From contig JAYGCN010000270.1 of NCBI GenBank assembly GCA_046583315.1, positions 1 to 12,140 on the forward strand: DNA of 12,140 nt, read 5' to 3'. The stretch is from Candidatus Hydrogenedentota bacterium. GTDB taxonomy: Bacteria > Hydrogenedentota > Hydrogenedentia > Hydrogenedentales > GCA-2746185. Position 1 is the stretch's first letter; every line of letters begins with the position of its first letter. Below, piece by piece: positions 11,201-12,140 of the stretch. The notes under the pieces were generated by a model, which did no database searches, was not told where the DNA came from, and worked only from the letters and a program-made list of their open reading frames with translations. A program made the position numbers and the translations under genes.

Positions 11201-12015
11201 TAAAAAAATCTCCAATCTGTCCATATACCCATCGCGCACATTCGAATGTATACATCGGTGAACCCGACCCAGACCAGGCTCACCCATGCCCAATTCATAT
11301 GCCGCTTATTCAAGGAGCTCACACAGTCGTAACACGCTTTCGACACCTTTGCTTTCTCAAAACAATTCAATCGTCCGCCGAAAAGATGACGGCTGCAATG
11401 ACAGCCAAAGGTGTATCCGCCCAGGAAAATGGCGTTCAACAAGAGAACAATGGAGCCCACGCCGATGCCGAACTTGTTGCTGCCATCATCGGAAGTGAAC
11501 CAGAATGCCCGGAGCGCATCGTAAGTCAAAACAAAAACGAAAAGACAGGCGACGTAAAAAAAGAAACGATGCGCATTGTGCAAGATAAGGGGCAGCCGAT
11601 TCTCTCCCCAATAAGACTTGCGCGGTTCGCCGACGGCACACGCAACCGGGTCTGCCCAGAATGCTTTATAGTAAGCACCACGATAATAGTAGCAAGTGAC
11701 ACGCATGCCTGCGGGCCCCGCGAGAATCAGAATCGCCGGTGAAAAGGGAAGAAAACTTGGCCACCAACCGGGCTGGAGTGCTGCAAAAATGCGTGGTTCA
11801 TGGGCTTGCCCGTACAGGAGCGGTGAGTACATCGGGGAAAGATAGTGGGCACCACCTTCATGAAAAAAATAATTCACGCCTTGCATACCCGCCCAAGTCG
11901 CATAGATGACGAAACTCGACAGGATTGTGAACACGGTTAACGGCTGGAGCCACCACCGATCCGTTCGTGAGGTTTCACCAAATCGTCTCGGCTTAATCGC
12001 GTTCGTTTCTGACAC
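11200..12015 (-). CDS. Succinate dehydrogenase membrane anchor of the mycobacterial Sdh1 (Rv0249c-like, type F) family
   Basis: 271 aa with several TM helices. RTDRWW, YLSPMYSP, RVTCYYYRGAYYKAFWADPVACAVGEP, GENRLPLILHNAHRFFFY, GCHCSRHLFGG and LNKRHMNWAWVSL match the Rv0249c family as I recall it. GTG start with AAGGAG (12029-12024). Directly upstream of sdhA. Confidence 0.85.
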   Translation of the reverse strand: MSETNAIKPRRFGETSRTDRWWLQPLTVFTILSSFVIYATWAGMQGVNYFFHEGGAHYLSPMYSPLLYGQAHEPRIFAALQPGWWPSFLPFSPAILILAGPAGMRVTCYYYRGAYYKAFWADPVACAVGEPRKSYWGENRLPLILHNAHRFFFYVACLFVFVLTYDALRAFWFTSDDGSNKFGIGVGSIVLLLNAIFLGGYTFGCHCSRHLFGGRLNCFEKAKVSKACYDCVSSLNKRHMNWAWVSLVWVGFTDVYIRMCAMGIWTDWRFF

Positions 12016-12140
12016 TGCTCTCGCTCCTTCATGGCTAAGAATGATCGATAATGCTATTCAGGTGTGCTACATCAACAAGCTATTTACTGCTGTATAACCG
12101 ACTTATACCCTTTCATAATCATCCGGACTTGCGGATGTGA

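Overview
A bacterial chromosomal window (diderm, since it encodes a TolC-type protein) in which every credible gene lies on the minus strand. In transcription order (right to left) there are three blocks. (1) A tightly coupled succinate dehydrogenase/fumarate reductase operon of the mycobacterial Sdh1 ('type F') kind: a single membrane anchor, a flavoprotein, an Fe-S subunit, then an unknown helical 165-aa protein. (2) A CzcCBA-type heavy-metal RND efflux operon, preceded by a Cys/His-motif ORF with a signal-like N-terminus. (3) The start of a surface-glycan cluster: an ArnC/GtrB-like GT2 and a WbqC-family gene that the ORF track missed and the window edge truncates. The most striking observation is the 80-nt spacer between the Cys/His ORF and czcC. 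It contains four mutually exclusive pairing segments (1:2 plus 3:4, versus 2:3) that would alternately sequester or release the czcC Shine-Dalgarno, and segment 1 starts at the first base after the upstream stop codon. The upstream ORF also appears to be leaderless, and no transcription regulator is in the window. Together this suggests a metal-sensing, nascent-chain-controlled translational attenuator for the efflux pump. The pairings are seen in the sequence; the mechanism is inference. All family assignments come from motif recognition, not database searches.
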